64,000 nt of DNA from an uncultured Clostridia bacterium (GTDB lineage: Bacteria; Bacillota; Clostridia; TANB77; CAG-508), in the NCBI GenBank assembly GCA_947626815.1, contig CANQTN010000007.1:7880-71879 (forward strand), in the 5' to 3' direction. The position numbers and the translations under genes were made by a program. This document shows, in pieces, positions 30,918 to 40,301 of the stretch. The notes beneath the pieces are model-generated. The model did no database searches and was not told the origin of the DNA. It saw nothing but the letters and a program-made list of their open reading frames with translations. How positions within the stretch are numbered: position 1 is the first letter of the stretch; the number at the start of each line of letters is the position of its first letter.

Positions 30918-30975
30918 AGTGAGCATATATTCAACTAACAATTATATTATAGTTGAATACATACTCACTTGTCAA
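30918..30975 (-). promoter_or_regulatory. cad promoter with overlapping ArsR-type operator
   Basis: On the minus strand, TTGACA - 18 nt - TATAAT. The imperfect inverted repeat AGTGAGCATATATTCAACTA-N12-TAGTTGAATACATACTCACT (30918-30969) overlaps the spacer. It has the TTCA...TGAA core typical of ArsR-type operators. Confidence 0.6.
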
Positions 30976-31027
30976 GAAAATTAAAAAAATTTTTTCAATT
31001 GATATTAGTTTGCTAGCCAATATTAAA

Positions 31028-31166
31028 GGATAATATATTATTTATGCAGTAACAATTCGGGGGGACCAGCAAAGTACAGATTGTTAATAAAATTTCATAA
31101 TTTATTATAAAATTTTAGGTACAATCTGTATGCAGTTGGGAGTTACAAATAAATAATATATTATCC
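31028..31166 (+). repeat. TIR-bounded intergenic repeat element of about 139 bp, copy 1 (MITE-like)
   Basis: GGATAATATATTATTTAT...ATAAATAATATATTATCC terminal inverted repeats. Internal GCAGTAACAATTCGGGGGGACCA and CTGTATGCAGTTGGGAGTTAC. Near-identical to copies 2 and 4. The element appears to extend into the right flank, which is shared (TTGACCATTTACC). Confidence 0.8.
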
Positions 31167-31290
31167 TTGACCATTTACCAGCGAACTGTTACTGATATTA
31201 GGGATGTTCTTTTAGGCAATCTTGACAAGAGGCAAGAAAAGGACTAAAATAAAAGTATCAGGGTATGTAAAATATCAAAAATAAAAAGGG

Positions 31291-32250
31291 GTGATGGATT
31301 TGCTAAAAATTTATAACACCAATTTAGAAACAGATAAAACGGAAGAAATACAAGAATTCAAAAAAGGAGCATGGATTAATTTAGTAAATCCGTCGGAGGA
31401 TGAAATAAAGAAAGTATGTGAAGGAGTAAACATCGAAGAAGACTATATAAAAGATACATTAGACTATGAAGAAAAAGCCAGAATTGAGCAAAATGAAGAA
31501 GACAATATAACACTTTTAATAGTAGATACACCAACAGTTGAAAAAAATGAAGAAAATGACATATATTCTACAATACCACTAGGAATGATAGTAGTAAGAG
31601 ATGACTTCTTCATAACAGTATCATTAAAAAGAAACAAAATACTAGAAAACTTTGAAAAAAAGAAAGTAAAATATTTTCAAACATATAAAAAAACAAGATT
31701 CATTTTTCAAATTTTATACCTAAATTCTTCATACTTTTTAAGTTATCTAAAACAAATAAACAAAGAAACAGAAATAGCAGAATATATATTAAAAAATTCA
31801 ATGAAAAACAAAGAATTGTTAAAATTACTAAGTTTAGAAAAAGGATTAGTATATTTCACAACATCATTAAAATCAAATGAATTAGTCATGGAGAAAACAA
31901 TGAGAGGAAAAATTGTAAAATTATATGAAGATGATGAAGAAATATTGGAAGATGCAATCACAGAAAACCGACAAGCTATAGAAATGGCACAAATATACAG
32001 CAATATCTTAAATGGAACAATGGATGCATATGCATCAATAATTTCAAACAACCTAAATGGAGTAATGAAATTTTTAACATCAATAACAATAGTACTTGCA
32101 GTGCCAACAATGATATCAAGTTTTTGGGGAATGAATGTAGGATTACCATTTCAACATAGTCCATTTGGATTTGCAGTTATGGTATTAATATCTGTTGTAT
32201 TAACATTAATAGTAACATATTGGTTAAAAAGAAAAGATATGCTAAACTAA
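31291..32250 (+). CDS. corA: CorA-family Mg2+/Co2+ transporter
   Basis: C-terminal two TM helices with the GMN signature (FWGMNVGLPF). Typical acidic N-terminal cytoplasmic domain. Confidence 0.85.
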   Translation: MMDLLKIYNTNLETDKTEEIQEFKKGAWINLVNPSEDEIKKVCEGVNIEEDYIKDTLDYEEKARIEQNEEDNITLLIVDTPTVEKNEENDIYSTIPLGMIVVRDDFFITVSLKRNKILENFEKKKVKYFQTYKKTRFIFQILYLNSSYFLSYLKQINKETEIAEYILKNSMKNKELLKLLSLEKGLVYFTTSLKSNELVMEKTMRGKIVKLYEDDEEILEDAITENRQAIEMAQIYSNILNGTMDAYASIISNNLNGVMKFLTSITIVLAVPTMISSFWGMNVGLPFQHSPFGFAVMVLISVVLTLIVTYWLKRKDMLN

Positions 32251-32286
32251 TGCATATCTTTTTAGAAATTACAGTCTATTGGTCAA

Positions 32287-32425
32287 GGATAATATATTAT
32301 TTATGCAGTAACAATTCGGGGGGACCAACAAAGTACAGAGTATTAATAAAATTTTATAATTTATTATAAAATTTTAGGTACAATCTGTATGCAGTTGGGA
32401 GTTACAAATAAATAATATATTATCC
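32287..32425 (+). repeat. TIR-bounded intergenic repeat element, copy 2 (same orientation as copy 1)
   Basis: Near-identical to copy 1. The inverted repeat extends into the flanks (GGTCAAGGATAA...TTATCCTTGACC). Confidence 0.8.
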
Positions 32426-32464
32426 TTGACCATTTGTACCATTGACCAGTAGACTGTATAATAA

Positions 32465-33738
32465 TTATTTTTGTTTAAGATTTGTGTCAATATTTTGTAA
32501 TTGTGCTTTTAAATTGTTATAAAATGTTACACTAATACTAGGAGTTTCGCCAGAATTAAAAGCTAAATCATAATCTGCAATTAATTTTTTCATATCTAAC
32601 AATTTGAATTTTTTAGCATTAAGAGAGTTATCTTGCTGTAAATAAAGAGGAATATAGTCAATATTATCAATAGTTATCTTATTATTATCAACATGTTTAG
32701 TAATTTTTAAATTTAATATAATAGAATTTTGACTAGTCATAAAATTTCCCAAAGAATATATAACAAATCCATCTTTAATAGTTCCATCATCCATAGTAAT
32801 AGTTCTTTTTTCCATTGAACCTAAAATCTGTGAAGAATTACCTAAAATAATATCTACACCATTTTTAAACAAAAAATCAGTTAGGTTATTCTGGTTAGAA
32901 GACCAATTCATACAAGCAACAATAATATCAGAATTTTGAGATTTTGCTTGTTCTATATCTTTTTTTATTAAATCTTCATTAATTAAATTAACACAAAAAG
33001 CTTGCTCAGTAGGGACAGATGAATTAACAGTATCAGTGTAATTAATAAAAGCTATTTTTATACCTTTAACATATTTAAATAGAATTTTATCTCTTTCTTC
33101 ACCGAGATGTATAAGTACCTACATGAGGAATATCAGAACTATTTAATATGTCTATAGTTCTAGATAGACCATCAAAACCCATATCTAAACTGTGATAATT
33201 GGCAGTTGATAAAATATCAATACCAAGTCTTTTTAGATTTTTTCCTAAACTATCAGGACTATTAAAGGTAGAATTATTTTCAAAACCTTTTTCAATTCCA
33301 GCAAAATTACTATTAAAATTACCAACAGCAATATCAGAAAGCTTAATATAACGGTAAATATCATTAAAAACATAGAAAAAGTCATATTCATCATCACTAT
33401 CAACATAAGCATCTTTACATAATGAATTTGTAGACATTATATTTCCAATTGCAGATAAAGTAAAAGTAGAATCAACTAATTGATCTGTAGATGTTGAATT
33501 TTGAGTGTTAGTAACAACATTTACATTATTATTAATGGTATTATCGTTTGAAGCTTCAATAACTTTTTTATGTGAAATAAAATTTTTAAAACCATAAAAA
33601 CCAGCAATACAAACTAAAAAAATAAAAAGAAAGATAACTAAAAAAGATAAATATTTAATAAATTTTTTATCATCTATAAACAAATATTTCTTTGATCTTT
33701 TATTATTTCTTCTGCCTCTGTAATTTCTTTTCATATAA
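32465..33738 (-). pseudogene. Degenerate CapA-like (PGA_cap) paralog disrupted by a frameshift near 33099
   Basis: ORFs 33099-33902 and 32465-32911 plus the stretch between them are colinear with the 3448-4710 CapA protein (ANYHSLDMGFDGL; ...TMDDGTIKDGFVIYSLGNF). Reading switches to the +1 frame at HVGTYTS(R*)/LGEERDKILF. The metal-ligand motifs HWGDEY and GCHPH are replaced by NWSSNQ and GNSSQ. Confidence 0.6.
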
Positions 33739-33864
33739 TTTTTTATCCTTTCCAAAATATAAAATATAATTAACAAATTATCATAAAAAATAAAAAAATT
33801 CAACAAAATGTATAATTTTGAATAAAAAACATATACTACTAAAAAATAAAAGGAGGAAAATACG

Positions 33865-34056
33865 ATGAAAGTGATAGATAAAATTGCATTAGCATTAATC
33901 ATTATAGGCGCTTTAAACTGGGGATTAATAGCGATATTTAACTTCGATTTAGTAGCAGCAATTTTTGGTGATATGACAGTTATTTCGAGAATTGTTTATG
34001 GATTAGTAGGTGTATCTGGTCTATGGGGAATCAAACTATTATTTGACAAAGACTAA
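33865..34056 (+). CDS. DUF378-family small membrane protein
   Basis: RBS AAAGGAGGAAAATACG then ATG. Two TM helices with IIGALNWGLIA, which matches the GxNWG signature of DUF378. Confidence 0.75.
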   Translation: MKVIDKIALALIIIGALNWGLIAIFNFDLVAAIFGDMTVISRIVYGLVGVSGLWGIKLLFDKD

Positions 34057-34113
34057 TAAAAAGTAGTATAATAGTAGTGAAATGGGACCAGTATAAATAG
34101 GAATTAAAAGGGA

Positions 34114-34398
34114 GTGAGGGGTGAAATGAAAAAAAAGAAAAAAAGAATCACTTTATCGCGGATCACAGAAATAAAGGATTTCAAAGTGATCGGCTATATG
34201 GTCGAAAAACCAATAGTCGGAAACGAATTGAAATTTCAGTCCTTAAGCGGAGAAATAGTATTTGCGCAGGAGATCATTGAAAGCGTGCAAGAGATGGAGA
34301 GCTTAAGGTATCCAGGTAGGGTCAAAATAAAAACGTTTTGGCATACCTATGTGGCTGATGATTTGAATACAATTAACCCAAATTCACGTTCATGGTAA
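34114..34398 (+). CDS. Small hypothetical protein with atypical (GC-richer) codon usage
   Basis: ORF of about 90 codons, probably starting at ATG 34126 (MKKKKKRITL...) after a GGGAGTGAGGGG RBS. It uses ATC/GTC/GCG/CAG/GAG codons, which are rare in neighbouring genes. A strong terminator follows. Confidence 0.45.
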   Translation: MRGEMKKKKKRITLSRITEIKDFKVIGYMVEKPIVGNELKFQSLSGEIVFAQEIIESVQEMESLRYPGRVKIKTFWHTYVADDLNTINPNSRSW

Positions 34399-34447
34399 TT
34401 AAAAATTCCTGAAAACAAGAGCCCTAAATAGAGCAAAAAACAAAAAT

Positions 34448-34473
34448 GCCAGCGAGAAATCGCTGGCATTTTT
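34448..34473 (+). terminator. Rho-independent terminator
   Basis: GCCAGCGA-GAAA-TCGCTGGC followed by ATTTTT. Confidence 0.7.
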
Positions 34474-34515
34474 GAAATATTCAGAATTATTAATATAAAC
34501 AAAGAAACTTGATAA

Positions 34516-34725
34516 CTTTTTGAGGCAGAGAGGGTTTAACTAAAAAAATAAATGAAAAAGTGAATTGAAAGAAATTTAATATAGAAGTTCTTTAATAATT
34601 TTATGGAAAATGTTCATGTTTGACATGAAAGGGTGCCATAAAATAATTTTAGAACTTCTTATTAAATTTTCTTGAACGAACTTTGCAATGCATTTTTTTA
34701 GTTAAACCCTCTCTGCCTCAAAAAG
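34516..34725. repeat. Long nested palindrome of about 210 bp (X/Y arm repeat family, empty-site form)
   Basis: Outer perfect inverted repeat CTTTTTGAGGCAGAGAGGGTTTAACTAAAAAAA / TTTTTTTAGTTAAACCCTCTCTGCCTCAAAAAG. Inner arms of about 80 bp each, roughly 75-80% identical as inverted partners, meet at the TTTGACATG centre. The same two arm types flank repeat copy 3 near 38.8-39.2 kb. Confidence 0.75.
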
Positions 34726-34738
34726 TTATCAAAAGCAT

Positions 34739-34777
34739 CGAAAGGGACCGTCCCCAACGATCGAAAAGGGACCGTCC
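34739..34777 (+). repeat. Tandem duplicated GC-rich motif CGAAA(A)GGGACCGTCCC x2 upstream of ABC-F gene
   Basis: Two direct copies 22 nt apart. Each contains the small palindrome GGGAC-C-GTCCC. Conspicuously GC-rich in an AT-rich intergenic region. Confidence 0.5.
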
Positions 34778-34869
34778 CAAAAAAATTTCCTCTTGAAATT
34801 TGAAAAAAAATAAAGTATAATATAAAACATCAGAAAAATTAGCATATAACGGTATATAAGGAGAGAAAA

Positions 34870-36453
34870 ATGTTAAGTGCAAATGGAGTTACCGTAAGAT
34901 TCGGTAAAAGAGTATTATTTGAAGATGTAAATATCAAATTTGGAAAAGGAAACTGCTATGGAATAATTGGAGCAAATGGAGCGGGAAAATCAACTTTTTT
35001 AAAAGTTTTATCAAAAGAATTAGAACCTAGCAAAGGTGATGTAAGCATAGACAAAGGAGAAAGATTATCAGTACTAAAACAAGATCACTTTGCTTATGAA
35101 GAATACACAATAATAGATACAGTAATAATGGGAAATAAAGAACTATATGACATAATGAAAGAAAAGGATGAAATATATAGCAAACCAGACTTTTCAGAAG
35201 AAGATGGAATGAAAGCAGCAAAATTAGAAGAAAGATTTGCAGAATTAGATGGATGGAATGCAGAGTCAGATGCAGCAATGTTATTAAATGATTTAGGAAT
35301 AGTACCAGAAGATCATTACAAATTAATGAAAGAAATAGAAGCAAAAGACAAAGTAAAAGTATTATTAGCTCAAAGCTTGTTTGGCAATCCAGATGTATTA
35401 TTATTAGATGAGCCAACAAATGACTTAGACTTAAAAAGTATAAACTGGTTACAAGATTTTTTAATGGATTTTGAAAATACCGTAATAGTAGTATCACATG
35501 ACAGATACTTTTTAAATAAAGTATGTACACATATAGCAGATGTAGATTTTGGAAAAATAAAAGTATATCCAGGAAACTATGACTTTTGGTATGAATCTAG
35601 CCAACTTGCTTTAAAACAAGCAAGAGAGCAAAACAAGAAAAAAGAAGAGAAAATTAAAGAATTACAAGAATTTATTGCAAGATTTAGTGCTAATGCCTCA
35701 AAATCAAAACAAGCAACATCAAGAAAGAAAACATTAGAAAAAATTGAACTAGAAGAAATAAAACCATCTAACAGAAAATATCCATATATAGATTTTAAGC
35801 CAGATAGAGAACCAGGAAAAGAAATTTTACAAATAAAAAATATATCAAAAACAGTAGAAGGAGTAAAAGTGCTAGATAAAGTATCATTTGATGTAAAACA
35901 AGGCAACAAAATTGCTTTTTTAGCAGATAATGAAATAGCAAAAACAGTATTATTCCAAATAATAGCAGGAGAACTAGAACCAGATGAAGGAGAACTAGTA
36001 TGGGGAACTACTATAACACAAAATTATTTCCCAAAAGATAACAATTATTTATTTGAAACAGAAGAAGATGTAACAAATTGGCTAAGAAAATATTCAAAAG
36101 ACCCAGATGAAACATATGTAAGAAGCTTTTTAGGAAGAATGTTATTTTCTGGAGATGAAGCATTAAAAAAAGTAAATGTATTATCTGGTGGAGAAAAAGT
36201 AAGATGTGTTTTATCAAAAATAATGTTATCAGGAGCAAATTTCTTAATATTTGATGAACCTACAAATCATTTAGATATGGAAAGCATAACATCATTAAAT
36301 GAAGGAATGAAAAAGTTTATAGGAAATATTTTATTTACATCACATGACCACGAATTAACACAAACTGTAGCAAATAGGATAATTGACATCAAAAAAGACG
36401 GAAAAATAATAGACAAAGAAGTAACATATAATGAATATTTAGGAATAGAATAA
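34870..36453 (+). CDS. ABC-F family ATPase (tandem ABC domains, no TM domain)
   Basis: Two nucleotide-binding domains (GANGAGKST; LSGGEKVR signature; Walker B LLLDEPTNDLD and LIFDEPTNHLD). They are separated by a charged helical linker (QALKQAREQNKKKEEKIKELQEFIARF), which is typical of ABC-F translation factors. Confidence 0.85.
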   Translation: MLSANGVTVRFGKRVLFEDVNIKFGKGNCYGIIGANGAGKSTFLKVLSKELEPSKGDVSIDKGERLSVLKQDHFAYEEYTIIDTVIMGNKELYDIMKEKDEIYSKPDFSEEDGMKAAKLEERFAELDGWNAESDAAMLLNDLGIVPEDHYKLMKEIEAKDKVKVLLAQSLFGNPDVLLLDEPTNDLDLKSINWLQDFLMDFENTVIVVSHDRYFLNKVCTHIADVDFGKIKVYPGNYDFWYESSQLALKQAREQNKKKEEKIKELQEFIARFSANASKSKQATSRKKTLEKIELEEIKPSNRKYPYIDFKPDREPGKEILQIKNISKTVEGVKVLDKVSFDVKQGNKIAFLADNEIAKTVLFQIIAGELEPDEGELVWGTTITQNYFPKDNNYLFETEEDVTNWLRKYSKDPDETYVRSFLGRMLFSGDEALKKVNVLSGGEKVRCVLSKIMLSGANFLIFDEPTNHLDMESITSLNEGMKKFIGNILFTSHDHELTQTVANRIIDIKKDGKIIDKEVTYNEYLGIE

Positions 36454-36587
36454 AATTTCATAAATGAAAGAAGAAATTCGTATAATAAATATGTTTACAT
36501 TATACGAAGAAAAAGGTCGAAAAAGAATTACAATAATGTAATTCTTTTCCAACCAGATTTGTGCCTTAGGAAGGAATGAGATTAAAT

Positions 36588-38771
36588 ATGGATAAAATTA
36601 TTAAAACAATTGCAGAAGAGTTAAATATAAAAACAAATCAAGTGGAGGCAACAATAAAATTAATAGATGAAGGAAATACAATTCCATTTATTGCAAGATA
36701 TCGTAAAGAAGTAACAGGAGGTCTTTCAGATGAAACATTAAGAGATTTAGGTGAAAGACTAGCTTATTTAAGAAACTTAGAACAAAGAAAACAAGAAATA
36801 GTTAATTCAATAGATGAGCAAGGCAAATTAACAGATGAAATTTTGCAAGCAGTTGGAATTGCAAAAACATTAGCAGAAGTTGAAGACATTTACAGACCAT
36901 ATAAACAAAAAAAGAAAACAAGAGCAACTGTAGCGAAAGCCAAAGGATTAGAACCACTAGCTCAAATTATTATTGAGCAAAAAGAAACTACTCCAATTCA
37001 AGAAATAGCAAAACAATTTATAAATATAGACCAATTATCAGATGAAGATAAAAAGAATAAAGATAAAGTAGTGAAAAACGAAGAAGAAGCAATTGCAGGA
37101 GCATTAGACATAATTGCAGAAGATATTTCAGATAATGCAAAATATAGAAAAGAAATAAAAAGACAATGTTATAGAGAAGGAACAATACAAACCAGAGCAG
37201 CCAAAGAAGAAGAAAAATCAAATTATGAAATGTATTATGAATATAATGAAGCTATAAAATATATTCCAAGCCATAGAATTTTAGCAATAAACAGAGGAGA
37301 AAAAGAAGAATTTTTGAAGGTAAAAATAGAAAAACCAGAAGAAAAAATACTAGCTTACATAGAAAGAGATATAATAAAAGGTGAAACACAGTTTACACAA
37401 ATGTTAAAAGACACTATTTTAGACAGTTATAAAAGACTAATAGAACCATCTATTGAAAGAGAAATACGTTCAGATTTAACAGAAAAAGCTGAAGAAAAAG
37501 CAATAAAAGTATTTGGGAAAAACTCAAAACAACTATTACTTGGAGCACCAATAAAAGGCAAAACAGTAATGGGATTTGACCCAGCATATCGTACAGGATG
37601 CAAAATAGCAGTTATAGATGAAACAGGAAAGGTATTAGATTATACAACAGTATATCCAACAGAACCACAAAATGATATTGCCGGAGCAAAAAAAGAACTA
37701 TTAAAATTAATAGAAAAAGATAAAGTAGATATGATAGCAATAGGAAATGGAACAGCATCAAGAGAATCAGAAATGTTTGTAGCAGATATGATAAAAGACA
37801 CCTCAAGAGATGTACATTATGTAATAGTAAGTGAAGCGGGAGCATCAGTATATTCTGCATCAAAACTTGCAACAGAAGAATATCCAGACATAAATGTATC
37901 AATTAGAGGAGCGATATCAATAGCAAGAAGATTACAAGATCCATTAGCAGAATTAGTAAAAATAGATCCAAAAGCAATAGGAGTAGGACAATATCAACAT
38001 GATGTAAATCAGAAAAAATTAGCAGAAAGCCTAACAGGAGTAGTAGAAGATAGTGTTAATAAAGTAGGGGTTGACGTAAATACAGCGACACCATCATTAC
38101 TATCATATGTATCAGGAATAAACAGTACAATAGCAAAAAATATAGTAAAATATAGAGATGAAAATGGAAAATTAAAAAACAGAAAACAATTATTAAAAGT
38201 ACCAAAATTAGGAAAAGTAGCATTTGAACAATGTGCAGGATTTTTAAGAATCCTAGATGGTGACAATCCACTAGAAATTACAGCAGTGCATCCAGAAAGC
38301 TATGAAGCAACAGAAAAACTATTAAAAGAAATAGGTTTTGATAAAAAAGATTTAAAAGAAAAAGAGAAATTAGAAGAACTAAGAAATAAATTAAAATCAG
38401 TTAACATACCAGAAATGGCAAAACAATTGAATATAGGAGAAATGACATTAACAGATATAATAGCAGAATTATCAAAACCAGGAAGAGATCCACGTGAAGA
38501 TATGCCAAAGCCAGTATTAAGAAGTGATGTATTAAAACTAGAAGATTTAAAAGAAGGAATGGTATTAACAGGAACAGTAAGAAATGTAATAGATTTCGGA
38601 GCTTTTATTGATATAGGTGTGAAACATGATGGTTTAGTACATATATCAGAAATGAGCGATAAATACATAAAAAATCCATCAGATTTAGTATCAGTAGGGG
38701 ATATAGTAAAAGTAAAAGTAATAAAAATAGATCAAGAAAGACAAAAAGTAGGATTATCTATGAAAGTTTGA
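36588..38771 (+). CDS. tex: Transcription accessory protein Tex (YqgF/HhH/S1 domains)
   Basis: Conserved N-terminal IAEELNIKTNQVEATIKLIDEGNTIPFIARYRKE, which is diagnostic of Tex. YqgF-like region. C-terminal S1 domain GTVRNVIDFGAFIDIGVKHDGLVHISEM...VGDIVKVKVIKID. The ORF-track start at 36576 is 12 nt upstream; 36588 (MDKII) is more likely. Confidence 0.9.
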   Translation: MDKIIKTIAEELNIKTNQVEATIKLIDEGNTIPFIARYRKEVTGGLSDETLRDLGERLAYLRNLEQRKQEIVNSIDEQGKLTDEILQAVGIAKTLAEVEDIYRPYKQKKKTRATVAKAKGLEPLAQIIIEQKETTPIQEIAKQFINIDQLSDEDKKNKDKVVKNEEEAIAGALDIIAEDISDNAKYRKEIKRQCYREGTIQTRAAKEEEKSNYEMYYEYNEAIKYIPSHRILAINRGEKEEFLKVKIEKPEEKILAYIERDIIKGETQFTQMLKDTILDSYKRLIEPSIEREIRSDLTEKAEEKAIKVFGKNSKQLLLGAPIKGKTVMGFDPAYRTGCKIAVIDETGKVLDYTTVYPTEPQNDIAGAKKELLKLIEKDKVDMIAIGNGTASRESEMFVADMIKDTSRDVHYVIVSEAGASVYSASKLATEEYPDINVSIRGAISIARRLQDPLAELVKIDPKAIGVGQYQHDVNQKKLAESLTGVVEDSVNKVGVDVNTATPSLLSYVSGINSTIAKNIVKYRDENGKLKNRKQLLKVPKLGKVAFEQCAGFLRILDGDNPLEITAVHPESYEATEKLLKEIGFDKKDLKEKEKLEELRNKLKSVNIPEMAKQLNIGEMTLTDIIAELSKPGRDPREDMPKPVLRSDVLKLEDLKEGMVLTGTVRNVIDFGAFIDIGVKHDGLVHISEMSDKYIKNPSDLVSVGDIVKVKVIKIDQERQKVGLSMKV

Positions 38772-38789
38772 TTGTCGTCATGGACGATT

Positions 38790-39215
38790 CTTTGTAACAA
38801 TTTTTTTGCCAATGGGATCATCTAAAAAAATAAATTCAAAAGTTCGTTCAAGAAGATTTAAATAAGAAGTTCTAAAATAATTTTATGGCACCCTTTCATG
38901 CCATGTAATGCTGTCAACTTAAGAAATTGCTCTAGATAATATATTATTTATTTGTAACTCCCAGCTACATAACAGCTTGTATACTAAATTTTATAATAGA
39001 TTATAAGATTTGCATTACAATCTGTAATTTGCTGGTCCCCCCGAATTGTTACGGCATAAATAATATATTATCTAGAGCAATTTCTTAAGTTGACAGCATT
39101 ACATGGCAAGCATGAACATTTTCCATAAAATTATTAAAGAACTTCTATATTAAATTTCTTTCAATTCACTTTTGAATTTATTTTTTTAGATGATTCCATT
39201 GGCAAAAAGTTTTCA
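38790..39215. repeat. Nested palindrome of about 430 bp enclosing repeat copy 3
   Basis: Layered perfect or near-perfect inverted repeats. Outer layer TTTTGCCAATGGGATCATCTAAAAAAATAAATT (complement at 39180-39215). Middle layer is the Y arm (38825-38905) and X arm (39100-39180). Inner layer CCATGTAATGCTGTCAACTTAAGAAATTGCTCTAG (complement at 39071-39105). At the centre, the 139-bp TIR element lies at 38934-39072 in inverted orientation. Confidence 0.8.
38934..39072 (-). repeat. TIR-bounded repeat element, copy 3 (inverted, nested in larger palindrome)
   Basis: The reverse complement matches copies 1 and 2 (ATAATATATTATTTATTTGTAACTCCCAGCTACATAACAG...CCCCCCGAATTGTTACGGCATAAATAATATATTAT). Confidence 0.8.
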
Positions 39216-39242
39216 AAATGCTCCGCCCCAATGACAAAATTC

Positions 39243-40301
39243 CTAAACAAATTTTTCTTGAATTTGTTTTATTTCACTATAATGATTTCTCAAAATATCT
39301 AAAAACACATCAGTTAATTGTGGATCAAATTGAGAACCTTTACATTTTTCAAATTCATTAATAATACTATCTAAAGGCATACTATCACGATAAGAACGCC
39401 TAGATGCCATTGCATCGAAACTATCAGCAATTGTTGCAATTCGAGCTACATATGGAATATCTTCACCTTTTAGCTGACAAGGATATCCAAGCCCATCATA
39501 TCTCTCATGATGATATTTTACAATAGGCAGAATATCTTTAAAAATAGTTGCAGTTGACAATATGTGAGCTCCAATAGATGGATGATTTTTTATTTCAGAA
39601 TACTCGTCAGGAGTTAATTTTGTATCTTTCAATAAGATACTATCTGGAACACCTATTTTGCCTATATCATGAAATAAACCACCTATACGCAAAATTTTTA
39701 AAGTATCTTCAGATAGACCTAAATGTTTTCCAATTAATACTGAATATTCAGAAACTCTATCAGAATGACCTCGTGTGTAAGCATCTTTTGCATCAACTGT
39801 ATATCTCAAAGTTTGTATACTTTCTAAATAAGCTTTTTCTAATTCTTGATTAATTTTTTTAATTTCATTCATTTGAGCAATTGATTTTATTCCTGATTCA
39901 ATTAAAAGTAATAATTGATCAAATTTATCACTTTTTTCACAATACCCCTGTATATCAAGCCTTTTTATGGTTTCTAATGGGGGTGCTAAGTCCTTATGCC
40001 CAGTAAGTAATATAATATATAAATCTTTATTAAATTTTCTAATTTCTTCTACTACTTGATCGCCATGAATAGGTATCATTATAAAATCAAGTAATAACAT
40101 ATCAAAATGCTCATTTTTTAATCTTTCTATGGCTTTTAATGGATCTGTTTCTCCTGTGTAAGAATATCCAGATCTATTTAAGAAAATGGATAAAGAATCT
40201 ATAATTCCAGATTCATCATCTACTGCTAATATTTTATATGATGCATTTGAATTTTGTGATTTGACATCATTTGAATTTTTTAATACATTTCCTATTCTCA
40301 T
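39243..40301 (-). CDS. Response regulator with receiver domain fused to HD-GYP c-di-GMP phosphodiesterase domain
   Basis: REC: KILAVDDESGII...DMLLLDFIMIP..GDQVVEEIRK...LLTGH. HD-GYP: HSDRVSEYSVLIGKHLGL, GGLFHDIGKIGVP, HHERYDGLGYP. Confidence 0.85.
   Translation of the reverse strand: MRIGNVLKNSNDVKSQNSNASYKILAVDDESGIIDSLSIFLNRSGYSYTGETDPLKAIERLKNEHFDMLLLDFIMIPIHGDQVVEEIRKFNKDLYIILLTGHKDLAPPLETIKRLDIQGYCEKSDKFDQLLLLIESGIKSIAQMNEIKKINQELEKAYLESIQTLRYTVDAKDAYTRGHSDRVSEYSVLIGKHLGLSEDTLKILRIGGLFHDIGKIGVPDSILLKDTKLTPDEYSEIKNHPSIGAHILSTATIFKDILPIVKYHHERYDGLGYPCQLKGEDIPYVARIATIADSFDAMASRRSYRDSMPLDSIINEFEKCKGSQFDPQLTDVFLDILRNHYSEIKQIQEKFV

Noticed and set aside
31170-31290. Mg2+ (M-box) riboswitch upstream of corA
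   Set aside because: No recognisable M-box consensus segments. The region is largely occupied by the repeat element's right flank and a short A/T-rich leader.
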